Shown: piece by piece, positions 8,809 through 22,368 of the stretch
Layout of the letters: each line of letters opens with the position of its first letter
Numbering within the stretch: position 1 is the first letter of the stretch
Assembly (NCBI GenBank): GCA_963798075.1
Contig: CAWCRU010000006.1
Location: 219,167 to 283,166, forward strand
Source of the DNA: an uncultured Alphaproteobacteria bacterium
GTDB taxonomy: Bacteria > Pseudomonadota > Alphaproteobacteria > Geminicoccales > Geminicoccaceae
DNA: 64,000 nucleotides
Reading direction: 5' to 3'
The notes under the pieces: model-generated
What the model was told of the DNA's origin: nothing
Databases searched by the model: none
What the model saw: the letters and a program-made list of their open reading frames with translations, nothing else
Program-made: the position numbers and the translations under genes

Positions 8809-9579
8809 TCACAGGTGGCTGGCGAGGAACTGGCGCAGGCGCTCCGAGCGCGGATTGCCGAACAGCTCCTTCGGCGGGCCCTCCTCCTCGATCCGGCCTT
8901 GGTGGAGGAAAACCGTCCGGCTCGAGACCTCGCGCGCGAAGCCGATCTCGTGGGTCACGATCAGCATCGTGCGGCCCTCCTCGGCGAGATCGCGCATGAC
9001 CTTGAGGACTTCGCCCACCAGCTCCGGGTCGAGCGCGGAGGTCGGCTCGTCGAACAGCATCACCTGCGGCTCCATGGCGAGCGCGCGGGCGATCGCGGCC
9101 CGCTGCTGCTGGCCGCCCGAGAGGTGGGAGGGATAGTGATTGCGCTTGTCGGCGATGCCGACCTTGGCGAGCAGGGCCTCGGCGCGGGCGACGGCTTCGG
9201 CCTTGGGCTGCTTGAGGACGTGCACCGGCGCCTCGATCAGGTTCTGGAGCACGGTCATGTGCGACCAGAGATTGAAGCTCTGGAACACCATGCCGAGCCG
9301 GGTGCGGATCCGGTCGACCTGCCTCGCGTCGGCGGGCCGGGCGCCGTGGCGGCCACGGGTCATCCGGATCAGCTCGCCGCCGACATGGACCTCGCCCGCG
9401 TCCGGAGTCTCGAGCAGGTTGATGCAGCGGAGCAGCGTGCTCTTGCCCGAGCCCGACGAGCCGATCATCGCGATCACGTCGCCGTTGAGCGCGCTCAGCG
9501 AGACGCCCTTGAGAACCTCGAGCGCCCCGAAGCTCTTGTGCAACTCGCTCACCACCAGGGCCGCGCCCGCCATGTCCAT
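8809..9579 (-). CDS. polar amino-acid ABC transporter ATP-binding protein (HisP/OccP-like)
   Basis: Walker [10 protein letters not shown], signature LSGGQQQR and Walker [12 protein letters not shown] are present. There is no adjacent permease gene. Confidence 0.9.
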   Translation of the reverse strand: MDMAGAALVVSELHKSFGALEVLKGVSLSALNGDVIAMIGSSGSGKSTLLRCINLLETPDAGEVHVGGELIRMTRGRHGARPADARQVDRIRTRLGMVFQSFNLWSHMTVLQNLIEAPVHVLKQPKAEAVARAEALLAKVGIADKRNHYPSHLSGGQQQRAAIARALAMEPQVMLFDEPTSALDPELVGEVLKVMRDLAEEGRTMLIVTHEIGFAREVSSRTVFLHQGRIEEEGPPKELFGNPRSERLRQFLASHL

Positions 9580-9808
9580 GTCGCTGCTCCGAGGGCTGCG
9601 ACCCTCAGGCTAGCGGCTGGCGTCGTGAGCGACAAGCGCGGTGCCGCGGCCGGGGTTCGTGGTCCAGCTTCGTGGTTAAGCCTTTGTTAACGATCCGGTC
9701 GCATGGTGGCGCAGACGTAGGGGTTGAGTTCCCCGCGCCGGACATGCGCTTCCGGCGAGCGTCCGGGACGCGCCGAGCCCGGGCCGCGCCGAGGACGGGA
9801 TCGAGCTG

Positions 9809-10796
9809 ATGACGGATGCGGTGATCAAGGTCCTGCTGGTCGAGGACAATCCGGTCGACGCCCGCATGGCGGCCAAGCTGCTCGGCGCCGACGGCGAGTT
9901 CGAGTTGACCCATGTGGAGCGTCTGAGCGAGGCCGCCCAGCAGCTGAGCCAGCACCGCTTCGATGCCGTGCTGCTCGACCTGATGCTGCCGGATTCGAGC
10001 GGGCTCGCCACCCTCGACGGCGTCCACGAGCGGGCGCCGGACGTGCCGATCGTCGTCTACAGCGGCTTCGGCGACGAGGACCTGATGTTCGCCTGCGAAG
10101 CGATTCGCGGCGGCGCGCAGGAGTTCTGCCCAAGAGCCTGGTCACGCCCGTCGTCATGCAGCGCGCGATCCGCACCTCGATCGAGCGCAAGCGCCAGGAG
10201 CAGCGGCGGCTTCGACATGCGCGCCAGGACGAGTTGACCGGGCTCGGCAACCGCCTGCTGCTCGAGGAGCGCTTCGAGCGCGCCGCCGCGCGCGCCGATC
10301 GCCAGGGCCGCTATCTGGCGCTGTTGTCGATCGAGCTCGACCATTACCTGAACGTGGTCGAGCAGATGGGCGGCGCGTTCGGCGACCGGCTGCTGCGGGC
10401 GGTCGCCAGACGGTTGCAGGCCAACTTCCGCAAGTCCGACACCTTGGCGCGTTTTCGGCAGCACGGCTTCAGCGCGCTGCTCGAGGCGATGGCCCCGGCT
10501 CAGGACGCCAGCATTCTCGCCTCAAGCTGCGCGCCGCGATGGCGGCTGCCTTCCGGATCGACGGCACCGACGTCTTCTTGACCACGAGCGTCGGGATCGC
10601 CCTCTACCCGATCCACGGCCGCGCCCTGGCCGGGCTCGTCGATGCGGCCGATGGCGCCATGTTCGAGGTCGCCACGGCCGGCGGCGACGGCTGCAGGGTT
10701 GCCGATCTGCCGGCGCCTGCGGGATCGCCCGGGGAGCAAGCTGACCAGGCTCGGGCGATCAGGGCGGATGAGAGCGTCTCGCCGCCCGCGGCCTAG
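9809..10796 (+). pseudogene. response regulator, REC + degenerate GGDEF domain; reading frame broken twice
   Basis: REC (VLLVEDNPVD...DAVLLDLMLPD) continues in another frame at about 10126 (GAQEF / LPKSLVTP). The GGDEF domain continues in a third frame at about 10518 (DASILA / KLRAAMAAAFRIDG...SVGIALYP). Confidence 0.8.
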
Positions 10797-10913
10797 CCGG
10801 GGGGCTGAGCCGGGGATCTGGGCCGTGATCTGAGCCGGGCGGTCTGGGCCGGGGTTCTGGGCCGGGGGTCTGGGCCGGGAAGCTGAGCCGGGGGTCGGGG
10901 CCGGGCTCTCGGC
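10797..10913. repeat. degenerate tandem repeat, about 9 copies of a 12-14 nt unit (CCGGGGNTCTGGG)
   Basis: Read directly: ccggggatctggg / ccgtgatctgag / ccgggcggtctggg / ccggggttctggg / ccgggggtctggg / ccgggaagctgag / ccgggggtcgggg. It lies between two convergent genes. Confidence 0.7.
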
Positions 10914-10927
10914 CGAAGGGGCGGCGA

Positions 10928-11584
10928 TCACGGCGGCGCCGCCCGATAGCCCGAGCCGACCAGGTAGATCTCCGAGGACCCGGTCCGGCTGGCGGTCGGC
11001 CGGACCAGCCGCGCGCGCGCGAACTGGCGGCGGCCGGCGGCGACGATCCCGGCCTCGGCGCCGCGCAGCAGCTTGAGGACGGCAGCGCCGCCCGGCGCCA
11101 GGAGCTCCGGCAGCACGCTCAGCACGGCCTCGGCGAGCGCATCGGCGCGCAGGCGATCGACCGTGCGCTGGCCGGTCGCCGAGGCCGCGAGATCGCTCAG
11201 CACGAGCTCGACCGGACCGCCGGCGAGGGCGGCAAGCCGTGCGATCGTCGCCGGATCGAAGATGTCGCCCTGGAGCAGGGTGGCGCCCTCGATCGGCTCG
11301 ATCGCCTGCAGATCGACGCCGATCACGGGGCAGCCCCGGGCGCGTGCGACCTGCGCCCAGCCGCCGGGCGCGCTGCCCAGATCGACGACCCGGCGGCCGG
11401 GGCGCAGGAGCTCGAAGCGGGCATCGATCTCGAGCAGTTTGTAGGCCGCCCGCGAGCGATAGCCGGCCGCGCGCGCGCTCTGCACGAAGCGGTCGTTGAT
11501 GTGGCGCTCGAGCCAGCGGCTCGAGCTCGCCCGGCGACCCTTGCTCGAGCGCAGGCGAACTTTGGTCGCGCGCGGCTCGGGCAT
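10928..11584 (-). CDS. rlmE: 23S rRNA (uridine2552-2'-O)-methyltransferase
   Basis: SSRWLERHINDRFV, YRSRAAYKLLEID and VVDLGSAPGGW are FtsJ/RlmE signatures. Confidence 0.9.
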   Translation of the reverse strand: MPEPRATKVRLRSSKGRRASSSRWLERHINDRFVQSARAAGYRSRAAYKLLEIDARFELLRPGRRVVDLGSAPGGWAQVARARGCPVIGVDLQAIEPIEGATLLQGDIFDPATIARLAALAGGPVELVLSDLAASATGQRTVDRLRADALAEAVLSVLPELLAPGGAAVLKLLRGAEAGIVAAGRRQFARARLVRPTASRTGSSEIYLVGSGYRAAPP

Positions 11585-11591
11585 CGGCCCC

Positions 11592-12689
11592 TCAGACGGC
11601 GGTTGAGCCCAGCGGCGGCACGCTCGCCGTCACCGGCAGCACCGGTGTCGACCGGGCGACGGTGGCGCCCGGGCCGCTCAGGGCCCGCGCCAGCGAGCGG
11701 CCCATCAGCCGCTGCAGCATGCCTTCGCGCAGGCCCCGATCGGCGACCCGCAGCTGGTCGGTCGGCCAGCTGCGCCGGACCGCTTCCAGGATCGCGCAGC
11801 CGGCGACCACCAGATCGGCGCGACCCGGTCCGATGCAGGGATGTGCCGCGCGCTCGGCGTTGCTCATGCCTCTGAGGCGCGCCGAGACAGCCGCGATCGC
11901 CGCGGCCTCGAGGCTCAGCCCGTCGATCTGCCGGCGATCGTAGCGGGCGAGGTCGAGATGCAGGGCGGCGAGCGTGGTGACCGTGCCGGAGGTCCCGAGC
12001 ATCTGACTGCGGCCGCTGGCAAGATGGCGGCGCAGGCCGTGCCTTGCCTCGATCGGCGCGAGCAGGCTCTGGACCTGACGGACCATGACCTCGAAGGCCG
12101 CCGGGTCGGGCTCGGCGGCGAACGCCTCGGACAGCGCGACCACACCGACCGCCAGCGAGTGGCTGCAGCGCACCACGGCTTGGCCGCCCTCCTGGCTGCG
12201 ATCGAGCCACAAAAGCTCGGTGCTGCCGCCCCCGATGTCGACCAGGAGCACGTGCTCGGCCGCGGGATCGATCAGCGGCAGGCAGCCCAACAGGGCGAGC
12301 CGCGCCTCGTCCTCATGGGGCAGGATCTCGAAAGTGAGGCCCGTGACCCGCTTGACCCGCGCCAGGAACTCGACGCCGTTCTGCGCCCGCCGGCAAGCTT
12401 CGGTCGCGACGCAGCGGATCTGGCGGACCTCGTGGCGGGCGACGATCCGGGCGCAGACCCGCAGGGCCGCGATCGTGCGCGCGATCGCCCGCTCGCTGAG
12501 CCGTCCGGTCCGCGCCACCGCCTCGCCGAGCCGGACGATCCGCGAGAAGCTGTCGACGATCTCGAAACTCGCGGCGTGCGGCCGCGCCACCAACAATCGA
12601 CAGTTGTTGGTGCCAAGATCGAGCGCCGCCATCGCCGGCGGGATCCGGCTCGGCGCCCCCAACTCGAAGTGCGATCGGGACTGGGTCAT
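11592..12689 (-). CDS. Ppx/GppA family phosphatase
   Basis: AALDLGTNNCRLLVA and LLVDIGGGSTEL motifs of the Ppx/GppA ASKHA fold. Its stop lies 7 nt upstream of the rlmE start. Confidence 0.85.
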   Translation of the reverse strand: MTQSRSHFELGAPSRIPPAMAALDLGTNNCRLLVARPHAASFEIVDSFSRIVRLGEAVARTGRLSERAIARTIAALRVCARIVARHEVRQIRCVATEACRRAQNGVEFLARVKRVTGLTFEILPHEDEARLALLGCLPLIDPAAEHVLLVDIGGGSTELLWLDRSQEGGQAVVRCSHSLAVGVVALSEAFAAEPDPAAFEVMVRQVQSLLAPIEARHGLRRHLASGRSQMLGTSGTVTTLAALHLDLARYDRRQIDGLSLEAAAIAAVSARLRGMSNAERAAHPCIGPGRADLVVAGCAILEAVRRSWPTDQLRVADRGLREGMLQRLMGRSLARALSGPGATVARSTPVLPVTASVPPLGSTAV

Positions 12690-12913
12690 GGGACGATGAC
12701 CGCGACTTTAGGCGGCCTCGTGGGCTTTGAGCAATGATTTCCGAAAATGCCGCCATCCGGCCCTTCGCATCCGGCCCTCGCCTTCATTCGGCCTTGCCGC
12801 GCTCGCAGGACTGGGGTTAGCTGGGCGCGGTCTCGGCGCCGACGGGTGCTGCGGAAGGGAAGCGATCTGGCGATGGGGGGCGGACCGTCCTGCGACGGCA
12901 GCCGGGAGCGGCG

Positions 12914-13477
12914 GTGAGACGACGGCCACGCGCTGGCGCAGCGCTGCTGGTGCGCGGCGTCTGCAGAGCGGCTGCCGGCCTCGCGGCGCTGCTGCTCGCG
13001 GCCTGCGCGTCGAGCACGCCGCCGCCGGCGGCGCCGGTGTGTCCGGCCGCCCTGCTCCTGCAAGGCGCCGAACGCACCGCGAGCTATCGCCCGGGCAGCG
13101 ATCGCAATCCGCAGGCGCTCCGCTATCTGGCCGTCCTCAGTCATCTCCAGAGCACCTGCCGCTACGATGACAAGGGGGTCGACGTCGACGTGGCGCTCGA
13201 CCTGATCGCCCAGCATGGTCCGGCCGCCACGGGCGATCCGGTGCAACTGACCTATTTCGTCGCGACCATGGGCCCCGACCGTCAGATCCTGTCCAAGCAG
13301 GTGTTCGATTCCGAGATCGTGTTCGTGAAGGACGAGGACCTCGCCGGGGTCGCCGAGCAGCTGACCCTGCGGCTGCCGTCGGTCACCCCAGAGCAGGCTG
13401 CGGGCTACAACCTGCTGCTCGGCTTCCAGCTCGACGAGGCCGAGCTCGACCAGCGTCTGCAGCCGCTGCTGCGCTGA
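12914..13477 (+). CDS. hypothetical lipoprotein
   Basis: The signal peptide ends in the lipobox LLLAAC. GC3-rich coding. I recognise no family. Confidence 0.55.
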   Translation: MRRRPRAGAALLVRGVCRAAAGLAALLLAACASSTPPPAAPVCPAALLLQGAERTASYRPGSDRNPQALRYLAVLSHLQSTCRYDDKGVDVDVALDLIAQHGPAATGDPVQLTYFVATMGPDRQILSKQVFDSEIVFVKDEDLAGVAEQLTLRLPSVTPEQAAGYNLLLGFQLDEAELDQRLQPLLR

Positions 13478-13558
13478 GCCCGCCGAACGGGCAGGGGCTC
13501 GACCTTTGCTTGACCTCCCTGCTGCCCGGAGTAGTCTGGCCCGACATCGCCAGCTGAG

Positions 13559-13774
13559 CCCCGCGGGAGAGCCCGTGCCAGCCGCACCTGCGGCCGGCGA
13601 CGGCGCCGAAGGAGCAACCGCCCCGGAAACTCTCAGGCCAACGGACCGCGGGGGGATGGCGCTCTGGAGAGCGGGTGCCGTGGCATCGAGATGGCCCGGC
13701 GCTCCACCGAAGGGGTAAGGTGCTGCTCGGATCGCTGCCGGGCGGCGCCAAGTCTCTCAGGTTCGGGGACAGAG
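13559..13774 (+). promoter_or_regulatory. tandem glycine riboswitch (two aptamers) preceding gcvT
   Basis: Aptamer 1: CCCGCGGGAGAG...GGCGCCGAAGGAGCAA...CTCAGGCCAACGGACCGCGGGG. Aptamer 2: CTCTGGAGAG...CACCGAAGGGGTAA...CTCAGGTTCGGGGACAGAG. Both match the conserved glycine-aptamer cores. Confidence 0.85.
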
Positions 13775-13812
13775 GGGGCTGAAGGTTGCCGGCTTGGCCG
13801 GCGCGCAGCCCC

Positions 13813-14949
13813 ATGGAGGTCCCGAGCTTGAGCTCACCTGCCGACGGCGCCGCCACCCCGGCCAGACGCACGCCGCTCTACGCCCTGCACGTCGAGCTCG
13901 GCGGCCGCATGGTCGAGTTTGCGGGCTGGATGCTGCCCGTGCAGTATCCGACCGGCATCATGGCCGAGCATCGCCACTGCCGCAGCGCCGCCGCCCTGTT
14001 CGACGTCTCGCACATGGGTCAGGTGCTGGTCCGCGGCGAGGACGCCGCCCGGGCGTTCGAGCGCCTGGTGCCGGCGGACGTGACCGGGCTCGCAGGCGGC
14101 CGGCTGCGCTATACGGTCTTCACCAACGATGCGGGCGGCGTGCTCGACGATCTGATCGTCGGCCGGGTCGAGGACGGCCTGTTCGTGGTCGTCAATGCCG
14201 GCTGCCGGGAGTCCGACCTCGCCCATATGCGCGCGGGCCTCGAGCCCGCCTGCGCGGTCGAGGAGCTGGCCGGGCGGGCCCTCCTCGCCCTCCAGGGGCC
14301 GGCGGCGGCCGCCGTCATGAGCCGCCTCGCGCCGGCCGCGGCCGGGCTCGCGTTCATGGAAACCGCGGCGATGCCGGTCGCGGGCATCGCCTGCCGGGTC
14401 GCACGCTCGGGCTACACCGGCGAGGACGGCTTCGAGATCTCACTCGATGCCGCCGCAGGCGAGGCCCTGGCACGCCGCCTGCTCGACCAGCCGGAGGTGG
14501 CGCCAGCTGGCCTCGGAGCCCGCGATTCGCTGCGCCTGGAGGCCGGCCTTTGCCTCTATGGCCACGAGCTGTCGCCGACGACCAGCCCGATCGAGGCCGG
14601 GCTCGCCTGGACGATCCCCAAGCGCCGCCGCGTCGAAGGCGGCTTTCCGGGCGCCGCCGTCATCCTCGAGCAGCTCGCCGCAGGCGCCCAACGCAAGCTG
14701 GTCGGGCTGCGCCCCGAAGGCCGCGCGCCCGCCCGCGAGGGCACCCTGGTCCAAGATGCCGACGGCCGGCCGATCGGCCGGGTCACGAGCGGCGGCTTCG
14801 GGCCGACCATCGGCGGTCCGATCGCGCTCGCCTACGTCTCGAGCGCGAACGCTGCGCCCGATGCCGCGCTGCAGCTCGCGATCCGCGACCGGTCGCACCC
14901 GGCCCGCGTCGTTAAGCTGCCGTTCATCGCCCACCGCTACCAGCGCTGA
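13813..14949 (+). CDS. gcvT: glycine cleavage system aminomethyltransferase (T protein)
   Basis: [27 protein letters not shown] and [14 protein letters not shown] motifs. The ATG at 13813 is chosen; TTG 13786 is an alternative. Confidence 0.95.
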   Translation: MEVPSLSSPADGAATPARRTPLYALHVELGGRMVEFAGWMLPVQYPTGIMAEHRHCRSAAALFDVSHMGQVLVRGEDAARAFERLVPADVTGLAGGRLRYTVFTNDAGGVLDDLIVGRVEDGLFVVVNAGCRESDLAHMRAGLEPACAVEELAGRALLALQGPAAAAVMSRLAPAAAGLAFMETAAMPVAGIACRVARSGYTGEDGFEISLDAAAGEALARRLLDQPEVAPAGLGARDSLRLEAGLCLYGHELSPTTSPIEAGLAWTIPKRRRVEGGFPGAAVILEQLAAGAQRKLVGLRPEGRAPAREGTLVQDADGRPIGRVTSGGFGPTIGGPIALAYVSSANAAPDAALQLAIRDRSHPARVVKLPFIAHRYQR

Positions 14950-14963
14950 CGGAGGCCAATGCG

Positions 14964-15341
14964 ATGTCCGATACCCGCTACACCAAGGACCACGAGTGGG
15001 TCCGCATCGAGGGCGAGATCGCCACGATCGGGATCAGCGACCACGCCCAGGAGCAGCTGGGGGACGTAGTCTTCGTCGAGCTGCCGCCGGTCGGCAAGCA
15101 GGTCGCGCGCCATGAGGCGCTCGCGGTGGTCGAGAGCGTCAAGGCCGCGAGCGACGTCTACGCGCCGATCAGCGGCGGGGTCGTCGAGGTCAACCAGGCC
15201 GTGAGCGACGATCCCGCACTGGTCAACCGCGGCGCCGAGAGCAGCGGCTGGTTCTGCAAGCTCAGCATCGCCGATGCCGGCGAGCTCGATGAGCTCATGG
15301 ACGCCGACGCCTACCGGGAACTGGTCGCTGGTCTGGCTTGA
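14964..15341 (+). CDS. gcvH: glycine cleavage system H protein
   Basis: YTKDHEWV and the lipoyl-lysine motif VESVKAASD. Confidence 0.95.
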   Translation: MSDTRYTKDHEWVRIEGEIATIGISDHAQEQLGDVVFVELPPVGKQVARHEALAVVESVKAASDVYAPISGGVVEVNQAVSDDPALVNRGAESSGWFCKLSIADAGELDELMDADAYRELVAGLA

Positions 15342-15367
15342 GCGAGCCGCCGGCACGAGGGAGCAGC

Positions 15368-18271
<2,904 letters not shown>

Positions 18272-18344
18272 CCGGCCGCAATGCCCGAGGACCCGGGCGA
18301 CCCGTTCGCGCTCATCGCCCGGTTGAGCCGGCGTCAGCGCTGCT

Positions 18345-18896
18345 CTAAAGGATGTGCTCTTTCTCCTCGACCCGGCGCTCGCGGACCGGAAAGCCGTTGC
18401 GCCAGCCGTTGACCAGCTGCTCGAACGCGAACAGGCAGATGAAGGCGCCGGCGATCGGGATCGCGAGATACCACCAGGCGAGCGGGGTTAAGGACGGCAT
18501 GCGATAGCTGCCGAAGCCGTGCAGGAAGTTGCGCCAGCCGAAGCCCACCATGCACAGGCCGCAGGCCAGGATCACCAGGCGGTTGAAGATCTCGACCACG
18601 AAGCGGTAGCGGCCGCTCATCAATTCGCTGATCGCCGAGAGCATCAGGTGATCGGCGCGCCGGGTCGCGACCGCCATGCCGAGGAAGCTGCCGTAGATGA
18701 AGAAGGCCGAGGTCACCTCCTGCAGCCAGAGCCAGGGGCTGCGCAGGCTGCGGGTCAGGATGTCGAGGATGACGCAGATCGAGAAGCCGGCGATCATGAT
18801 GCCGCAGAGCACCATCAGCAGCGCCTCGAGCCGGTCGAACGCGCGCCACTTGAGATGGCGGTCGAGATCGAGGACGAGCTGGCGACGGTCGCTCAT
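18345..18896 (-). CDS. TRAP transporter small permease (DctQ family)
   Basis: 183 aa with four hydrophobic helices, directly downstream of a DctP-type SBP gene. Confidence 0.8.
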   Translation of the reverse strand: MSDRRQLVLDLDRHLKWRAFDRLEALLMVLCGIMIAGFSICVILDILTRSLRSPWLWLQEVTSAFFIYGSFLGMAVATRRADHLMLSAISELMSGRYRFVVEIFNRLVILACGLCMVGFGWRNFLHGFGSYRMPSLTPLAWWYLAIPIAGAFICLFAFEQLVNGWRNGFPVRERRVEEKEHIL

Positions 18897-18979
18897 CGAG
18901 GGCCCGCGCCCGGCAAGGGGCGGTGACGGGGCGCGCCGCGCCGCATGCCCGCCCCGTCACCCGGCGTCCGTGCGGACGC

Positions 18980-19984
18980 CTATTTGATGCCGCGGATGAT
19001 GCCCACGATGTCGACCGCCTGCGGCCCCAGCTCCTTGGCGAGCTGGTCCTGGATCGGGGTCGCGGCCGCGATGAAGCCCGACTTGTCGACGTCCTTGACG
19101 AGCTTGACGCCGATCTCTTCGAGCTTGGTCGCCGACTTCGCCTCGAGCTCGAGCGCGTAGGGCGGCTCCTGCTTGCCGACCTCGGCCGCCGCCTGCTCGA
19201 CCCAGCCCTTCTGCTCGTCCGTCAGGCTCTGCCAGGTCTTGTCGCTGACCCAGATCAGGTTGTTGTTGGCCTCGTGCTGGGTGAACGACATGATCGGCGC
19301 CACCTCGTAGTGCTTGTTGGAGAGGTAGACGTTGACGCCGTTCTCGGCCATGTCGACGACGCCGGTCTGCAAGGAGGTATAGACCTCGCCGAACGGCATG
19401 TGCACCGGCTGGGCGCCGTAGGCCGGGAAGAACGTGTCCTCGGTCTTGGTCGCCTGGACGCGGACCTTCTTGCCGTTGAGGTCGTCGACGCTGTGGACCT
19501 CCTGCTTGGAGTAGATGTTGCGCAGGCCGAGCGTGATGACGGCCAGCACGTGGGCGCCCTGGACCGTATCGTCGACCAGCTGCTTGACCGCGCCGTTGAG
19601 CTCGGGCGAGGTGACCGCCTTGACCAGCTGGTCCTCGCCGGTGAACAGGTAGTGCAGCGACATAACGCCCAGCTGCGGCGACACGGTCGCGGCGTTGGCC
19701 GAGGACGTGATGATGAAGTCGATGTCGCCCGCGCGCATCTTCTCGAGCATCGCCGGCTCCTGGCCGAGCTGGGCGCCGGGGAACTGGTTGATCTTCAGGG
19801 TGCCGCCGGAAAGGTCGGCGATCGTCTTCTCGAACAGATCGCCCGCGAAGCCGTAGCCGGTGGTCTTGGGCTGGTCGTAGCCGAAGCTGAGCTCGCGCTG
19901 CTGGGCCTGGGCCGTTGCGAGTCCGCCCGCGAGCCCGACGACGAGGACTGCCGCCGAAGCGAGCAGAAGCTTGCTGAGGTTCAT
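18980..19984 (-). CDS. TRAP transporter substrate-binding protein (DctP family)
   Basis: Start at MNLSKLLLASAAVLVV (CAT 19982-19984). KINQFPGAQLGQEPAMLEKMRAGDIDF is typical of DctP. Confidence 0.9.
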   Translation of the reverse strand: MNLSKLLLASAAVLVVGLAGGLATAQAQQRELSFGYDQPKTTGYGFAGDLFEKTIADLSGGTLKINQFPGAQLGQEPAMLEKMRAGDIDFIITSSANAATVSPQLGVMSLHYLFTGEDQLVKAVTSPELNGAVKQLVDDTVQGAHVLAVITLGLRNIYSKQEVHSVDDLNGKKVRVQATKTEDTFFPAYGAQPVHMPFGEVYTSLQTGVVDMAENGVNVYLSNKHYEVAPIMSFTQHEANNNLIWVSDKTWQSLTDEQKGWVEQAAAEVGKQEPPYALELEAKSATKLEEIGVKLVKDVDKSGFIAAATPIQDQLAKELGPQAVDIVGIIRGIK

Positions 19985-20217
19985 TTGTGAGCACTCCCTG
20001 AAGGAACGGCGCTTGCCGCTGTTAATTGTCGTTTCGGACGGTCCTCGCCCGCGTCCGATGTTGGGGCAATTCGGAAGGCGAGGCAAGCGCCCGAAGCTGC
20101 GGGCCGGCATCCCCGAGTGCGGCGCGCCGGGCGCGTCCCGCGGATCGGCGCGCACGCCTCTGGCGAGCCGGGCGCGCGCCGGCTATCTTCGGCGCGGCGC
20201 CGATCGAGAACGAAGCC

Positions 20218-22358
20218 ATGACCCTAGCCCGGATCGAGGATCTGCTCGCCGAGCTTACGCTCGAGGAGAAGCTCGGCCAGATGACGCTCGTCTCCGCGGG
20301 CCAGGCGGTGACCGGGCCCGAGGGGCCGCTCGACCATCTGGCCGCGATCCGGGCCGGGCGGGTCGGCGCGGTCGTCAACCTGTGGGGTAGGGAGGGGGTC
20401 CGCGAGGCGCAGCGGCTGGCGCTCGAGGAGACCCGGCTCGGCATTCCGCTGCTGTTCACGTTCGACCTGATCCACGGCCACCGGACGGTTTTCCCGATCC
20501 CGCTCGCCGAGGCCGCCGCCTTCGATCCGGGCCTATGGGAAAAAACCGCGCGCGCCGCAGCCCTCGAGGGAGCGGCCGACGGGCTCTCGCTCACCTTCGC
20601 GCCGATGCTGGACGTGGCGCGCGACCCGCGCTGGGGCCGGATCGCCGAAAGCCCCGGCGAGGACCCCTGGCTCGCGTCCCGGTTTGCCGAGGCCAAGATC
20701 CGGGGTCTCCAGGGCCAGGACCTGAAATCCGGGCAAAACCTCGCGGCGACCGCCAAGCATCTGGCGGCCTATGGCGCGGTCATGGCCGGCCGCGAGTACG
20801 CCTCGGTCGAAATCTCCGAGCGCACGCTCCACGAGGTCTACCTGCCGCCGTTCAAGTGCGCGCTCGAGGCTGGCGTCGCGGCGATCATGCCGGCCTTCAC
20901 CGATCTCGCCGGCGTGCCCATGACCGCCAACGCCCCGATCCTGTCCGGTCTGGTGCGCGACGACTGGGGCTTCGAGGGCGTCATGGTCAGCGACTACGGC
21001 GCGATCGCCGAGCTCCTGGTCCACGGCGTCGCCGCCGACCTCGCCGAGGCCTCGGCACTGGCCTTGCGCGCGGGCGTCGACATCGACCTGATGGGCAACG
21101 CCTATGCCCAGGGCCTGCCCACGGCCCTCGAGCGCGGCCTCGTCGAGCTGGCCGCGATCGACGCCGCGGTGCGCCGGATCCTCGAGCTGAAGGCAGCGCT
21201 CGGCCTGTTCGACGATCCCTACCGGCGGGGCGGCGGCGATGGCCTGAGCGCGGCACAGGAGGCCGCCCACCGCTCGCTCGCGCGCGCCGCCGCGCGCCGC
21301 TCGATCGTGCTGCTCACCAACCGCGACGGTGTCCTGCCGCTCGCCGACGGCCACCGCCTCGCGGTGCTGGGCCCGCTCGCGGACGCGCCGGCGGAAATGC
21401 TGGGCCCCTGGTCGATGGCCGGCCGGGCCGAGGACATGGTGTCGCTGCTCGAAGGCCTGCGCGCGGGCCTGCCCGCGAGCCGGATCGATCATGCCCGGGG
21501 CGTCGAGATCGAGGCCGATTCGCCCGCCGACCTCGCAGCCGCCCTCGAGCTCGCGCGCGCCGCCGAGGTGATCGTGCTGTGCCTGGGCGAGGCCAGGGCC
21601 ATGAGCGGCGAGGCCGCGAGCCGGGCGCGCCCCGACCTGCCCGGCCGCCAGCGCGAGCTCGCCGAAGCCGTTTTCCAACTCGGCAAGCCCGTGATAGCGC
21701 TCCTGTCCTCGGGCCGCCCGCTGATGGTCCCCTGGCTGTTCGAGCGCGCGGACGCCGTGCTCGCGACCTGGTTCCTCGGCAGCGAGGCCGGCCATGCGGT
21801 GGCCGACGTGCTCGCCGGCCGCCGCAACCCGAGCGGCCGCCTGCCGGTCTCCTGGCCGGTCGACATCGGCCAGATCCCGATCTTCCACGCCCGCCGCCCG
21901 ACCGGCCGCCCGGCCGATCCCGCCGTGCACTACTCGGCCAAATACCTCGACCTCCCGATCGAGCCCCGGTTCCCGTTCGGCCACGGCCTCTCCTACACCA
22001 GCTTCACGCTCGGCAACCTACCGCCGACCCGACCGAGCTCCCCCCGGACGGCGATCTCACGATCGAGCTCGAGGTCGCCAACGAGGGCCCCGTCGCCGGC
22101 GAGGAGACCCTGCTGCTGTTCGTCCACGATCCGGTCGCGGCCGTCGCCCGCCCGCTGCTCGAGCTCAAGGGTATGGCCAAGATCACGCTCGAGCCCGGCG
22201 CGTGCGGCCGCGTCGCCTTCCGGCTCGCCGCCGCCGACCTCGCCTATCTCGGCCCCGAGCTGGCCCCCCGCCTCGATGCCGGCGTCATCGAGATCCTGGT
22301 CGGCCGCGCCGCCGCCCGCGAGGACCTGCTCGCGACCACGATCCGCGTCACGGCCTGA
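20218..22358 (+). pseudogene. glycoside hydrolase family 3 beta-glucosidase (BglX-like), one frame shift near the C-terminus
   Basis: LEEKLGQM, FAPMLDVARDPRWGRI and GVMVSDYGA are GH3 motifs. After GHGLSYTSFTLGN (about 22015-22045) the protein continues in another frame (ELPPDGDLTIELEVANEG...), ending at 22358. Confidence 0.85.
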
Positions 22359-22368
22359 CGGCCCCGCC

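Noticed and set aside
10797-10913. Tandem repeat as a possible CRISPR array
   Set aside because: The units are 12-14 nt and directly abutting, with no spacers. No cas genes are in the window.
13786-13812. TTG at 13786 as the gcvT start
   Set aside because: It is possible, since a G-rich stretch precedes it. It would start only 12 nt after the riboswitch P1 closing. I kept the ATG at 13813, but the choice is not decisive.
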